A stretch of DNA of 64,000 nt from an uncultured delta proteobacterium (GTDB taxonomy: Bacteria; Desulfobacterota; WTBG01; CAIYCZ01; CAIRTM01), in assembly GCA_963804955.1 (NCBI GenBank), contig CAWDSQ010000007.1:288001-352000 (forward strand). Direction: 5' to 3'. A program made the position numbers and the translations under genes. Positions 61,517-64,000 of this stretch are shown piece by piece. The notes beneath the pieces were generated by a model, which ran no database searches, was not told where the DNA came from, and worked only from the letters and a program-made list of their open reading frames with translations. How positions within the stretch are numbered: position 1 is the stretch's first letter; every line of letters begins with the position of its first letter.

Positions 61517-62434
61517 TTATTTTCCTATCAGAAGGTACATAAGCGCCATACGCACGGCAACGCCGTTTGTCACCTGATCAAGAATTATGGATTTCGGGCC
61601 ATCGATCACGTCGGCCGACATTTCTATGCCGCGGTTAACGGGCCCCGGATGCATGATGAGCACATCGGGGCGCGCCTTGTCAAGCACCGCCATGCTGAGC
61701 CCGAAAAACCGCGAATATTCCCGTATGGTCGGGAACAGGCTCTGGGCCTGCCGCTCAAGCTGAATGCGCAGCATCATGATGACGTCCATATCACGCACCG
61801 CATCGGCAATTAAGGGGATAAACGTCACGCCCAGGGATTCAATAAAACGGGGCACCATAGTCTGCGGCCCGGACACATACACCTGCGCTCCCATCATGGT
61901 GAGCAGGAAAATATTTGAGCGCGCGACACGGCTGTGGGCAATATCTCCGATGATGGCCACCTTGAGCCCCGCCAGCGACCCCTTGCGCTCCCGCATGGTG
62001 AATGCATCAAGCAGGGCCTGCGTCGGATGCTCATGGGCTCCGTCGCCGGCATTGATAATGGCCGCGGGCAGAGCGTCGGCAAGAATTTTGGGCGCCCCGG
62101 CGCAGGAATGCCTGATAACAATGAGGTCCGGGTTCATAGCCTGAAGGTTTTCGCCCGTGTCCCGGAGTGTTTCGCCTTTGACCACACTGCTGCTGCTGGC
62201 GGAGATGTTGATCACATCGGCGCTGAGCCGCTTCCCGGCAATTTCAAATGAGGTGCGGGTTCGGGTGCTGGGCTCGAAAAAAAGGTTGATGACCGTCTTG
62301 CCGCGCAGCGTGGGCACTTTTTTAATGTCCCGCTCGGACACTTCCTTCATGGAAGCCGCGGTATCCAGAATATGGGTAATCTCCGCAGGCACAAGATCAC
62401 CGATCGACAGCAGATTTTTGCAGCGCAGCTCCAT
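61517..62434 (-). CDS. pyrB: Aspartate carbamoyltransferase catalytic subunit
   Basis: [25 protein letters not shown]. Confidence 0.97.
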   Translation of the reverse strand: MELRCKNLLSIGDLVPAEITHILDTAASMKEVSERDIKKVPTLRGKTVINLFFEPSTRTRTSFEIAGKRLSADVINISASSSSVVKGETLRDTGENLQAMNPDLIVIRHSCAGAPKILADALPAAIINAGDGAHEHPTQALLDAFTMRERKGSLAGLKVAIIGDIAHSRVARSNIFLLTMMGAQVYVSGPQTMVPRFIESLGVTFIPLIADAVRDMDVIMMLRIQLERQAQSLFPTIREYSRFFGLSMAVLDKARPDVLIMHPGPVNRGIEMSADVIDGPKSIILDQVTNGVAVRMALMYLLIGK

Positions 62435-62973
62435 TACGCACCTCCTGTAATGAAGGCCTGATCGATACCGTCGTCCTCCTGCAGCAGCACCTCAACACGT
62501 TCGCCCTTCGTGGTAGCTATATTCCTGCCCGTATAGTCCGGCTGAATGGGAAGCTCCCGGTGTCCGCGGTCTATGAGCACCACCAGCCGTATCGCCTCGG
62601 GCCGCCCCAGGTCATGAATGCCGTCCAGCGCCGCCCGGATTGTTCTGCCCGTATACAGCACATCATCGCACAGATAAATCTTCATGCCCTTGATGGGGAA
62701 GGGTATTTCGGTTTTTTTCAGCACCGGATGGGAGGCTATTTCCGAAAGGTCATCCCGGTACAGGGTTATGTCAAGCGCGCCCACCGGTATGCGAAAACCG
62801 GTGAATTCCTGCAGCTTCCGGGAAAGCCTGTTGGCTATGGACACCCCGCGCCGGCGTATGCCTATGAAAGCAAATGTTTCCGCCCCCCGGTTATGCTCCA
62901 GCAATTCAAAAGCAATGCGGTTGAGCGTCCGGTCGATATCGCTTGCATCCATGATTATTTTTTGTCTGGTCAT
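62434..62973 (-). CDS. pyrR: Pyrimidine regulatory protein / UPRTase PyrR
   Basis: [27 protein letters not shown]. Confidence 0.96.
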   Translation of the reverse strand: MTRQKIIMDASDIDRTLNRIAFELLEHNRGAETFAFIGIRRRGVSIANRLSRKLQEFTGFRIPVGALDITLYRDDLSEIASHPVLKKTEIPFPIKGMKIYLCDDVLYTGRTIRAALDGIHDLGRPEAIRLVVLIDRGHRELPIQPDYTGRNIATTKGERVEVLLQEDDGIDQAFITGGA

Positions 62974-62983
62974 GTCCTACCCC

Positions 62984-63016
62984 AAAAAAAAACCTCCCCC
63001 GTTGCTGGAGAAGGTT
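62984..63016 (-). terminator. Terminator-like attenuator hairpin directly upstream of pyrR
   Basis: AACCTTCTCC-AGCAAC-GGGGGAGGTT followed by a T-run on the minus strand, about 10 nt before the ATG. Confidence 0.7.
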
Positions 63017-63237
63017 GAGTATGCCGCTGGCTGTGTGCCCACATGCTGATTCGCCATTTTCTGCTTTTACCGGTTTGCCTGAAAAAGTTGTCTTTAAGTA
63101 GCACAGCCGGCACAGCCCGGTCAAGGGAAAAGACAAGAACAAAGTCACGGGCTTTTTAGAATTATTTCAACCCGCTTTGACAATAGCGCAGTCTGTGCTA
63201 CTATAGGGCGGTATGCACATCGGCAAAGGCGGCACGA

Positions 63238-63759
63238 ATGACTGAACATTGCGAATTTTCTTTTTATTCCCGCAGCAGCAGCAGCACTGTTGAAAGCGGC
63301 AAACAGCTTGGCGCTCACTTGGGCGCAGGCTGCGTTATCGGCCTTGTGGGAGAGCTTGGCGCAGGCAAGACCTGCTTCATTAAGGGCATAGCCGAAGGGC
63401 TCAACAACACCCCCGAAAGCGAGGTGACAAGCCCGACATTCACCATTCTGCAGGAATACCCCGGACCGGTGCCGCTTTACCATTTCGACGCCTACCGCCT
63501 GTCGGGAAGCCATGACCTGGAAGCAATCGGATTTGAGGACTATGTCGGCACCGACGGGGTCGCTGTCATTGAATGGGCGGACCGTATCCAGGATGCCCTG
63601 CCGGATGAAGTTATCATGGTACGGATTGAATGGCTTTCCGAAAATGAACGCCGTTTTATTTGCATGGCCCGGGGAGAAAAACACTGTGGGTTGCTTGCGC
63701 GGTTTCGCGATAGCAGTACAGCCGTTGCAGCAAAAAATTCCCGAAATGAAGCGTTTTAA
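63238..63759 (+). CDS. tsaE: tRNA threonylcarbamoyladenosine biosynthesis ATPase TsaE
   Basis: GELGAGKT, VTSPTF, HFDAYRL, IEWA. Confidence 0.95.
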   Translation: MTEHCEFSFYSRSSSSTVESGKQLGAHLGAGCVIGLVGELGAGKTCFIKGIAEGLNNTPESEVTSPTFTILQEYPGPVPLYHFDAYRLSGSHDLEAIGFEDYVGTDGVAVIEWADRIQDALPDEVIMVRIEWLSENERRFICMARGEKHCGLLARFRDSSTAVAAKNSRNEAF

Positions 63760-64000
63760 CCTTTATTGAAACTATTATTTCGGGACACAATCCGGGGTGT
63801 TTCCAACCGGGGTTCAGGGGATACACACGTGGTTTTTTTAGAACCCCTACCTTATCATAAAATTTCCACTATTTTTGTCTTTGATACAGAATTTCCGGCG
63901 CGGGCAGCCCGGTACGGCTTTTGAATCGGCGGGGAGACCATATCCGCCCCTTATTTTGCCGGGGCCTTTTCAATCAATCTCCAGAGCAGTATCGTCGTTT

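Noticed and set aside
60584..61813. Long antisense ORFs (also 4319-5236, 10493-11425, 11509-12342, 20155-21114)
   Set aside because: Shadows of real genes in GC-rich codon space; no motifs or RBS.
62906..63148. Leader peptide for the pyr operon
   Set aside because: No RBS or diagnostic codon run; it overlaps pyrR out of frame.
1..64000. CRISPR array, tRNA/rRNA, integrase, transposase or prophage genes
   Set aside because: No regularly spaced repeats, RNA gene signatures or recombinase motifs were seen by eye.

Overview
Bacterial chromosomal window, most likely a Desulfobacterota (deltaproteobacterium); this is inferred from gene content (hcp/hcpR, multiheme cytochromes, pilSR-pilA). Many genes are broken by single-base indels, densely so in the first ~22 kb. 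This looks like long-read consensus error, so broken genes were reconstructed across frames by eye and their coordinates are approximate. There are four blocks. (1) 1-5.3 kb: lipoproteins, bioD, a FimT-like pilin, an HPP protein and a DUF1329 protein. (2) 5.3-23.4 kb: a nitrogen-oxide/redox island. HcpR is divergent from a ~17 kb minus-strand run: hcp, HD protein, ferredoxin, sulfite/nitrite-reductase-like ferredoxin, tetraheme cytochrome c, NrfC-like and NrfD-like subunits, octaheme HAO-family protein, a large nonaheme surface-type cytochrome, nitroreductase, core MetE-like protein, flavodiiron FprA, a heme-c sensor and a cupin. (3) 24-55 kb: a glycan locus (wzm/wzt, ~10 glycosyltransferases, methyltransferases, B12 radical SAM, KpsS-like, FrhB-like/pyruvyltransferase) converging on pilA and an O-oligosaccharyltransferase-like gene. 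(4) pilS-pilR, pyrR-pyrB-pyrC, tsaE. Non-coding highlights are two HcpR/FNR boxes in class-II geometry, a duplicated promoter plus leader hairpin in front of both glycan transcription units, a sigma54 pilA promoter, and four MITE-like elements. The best candidate for a new system is the quinol-coupled HAO-NrfCD-cytochrome module with its neighbouring nonaheme cytochrome, embedded in an HcpR-linked island.
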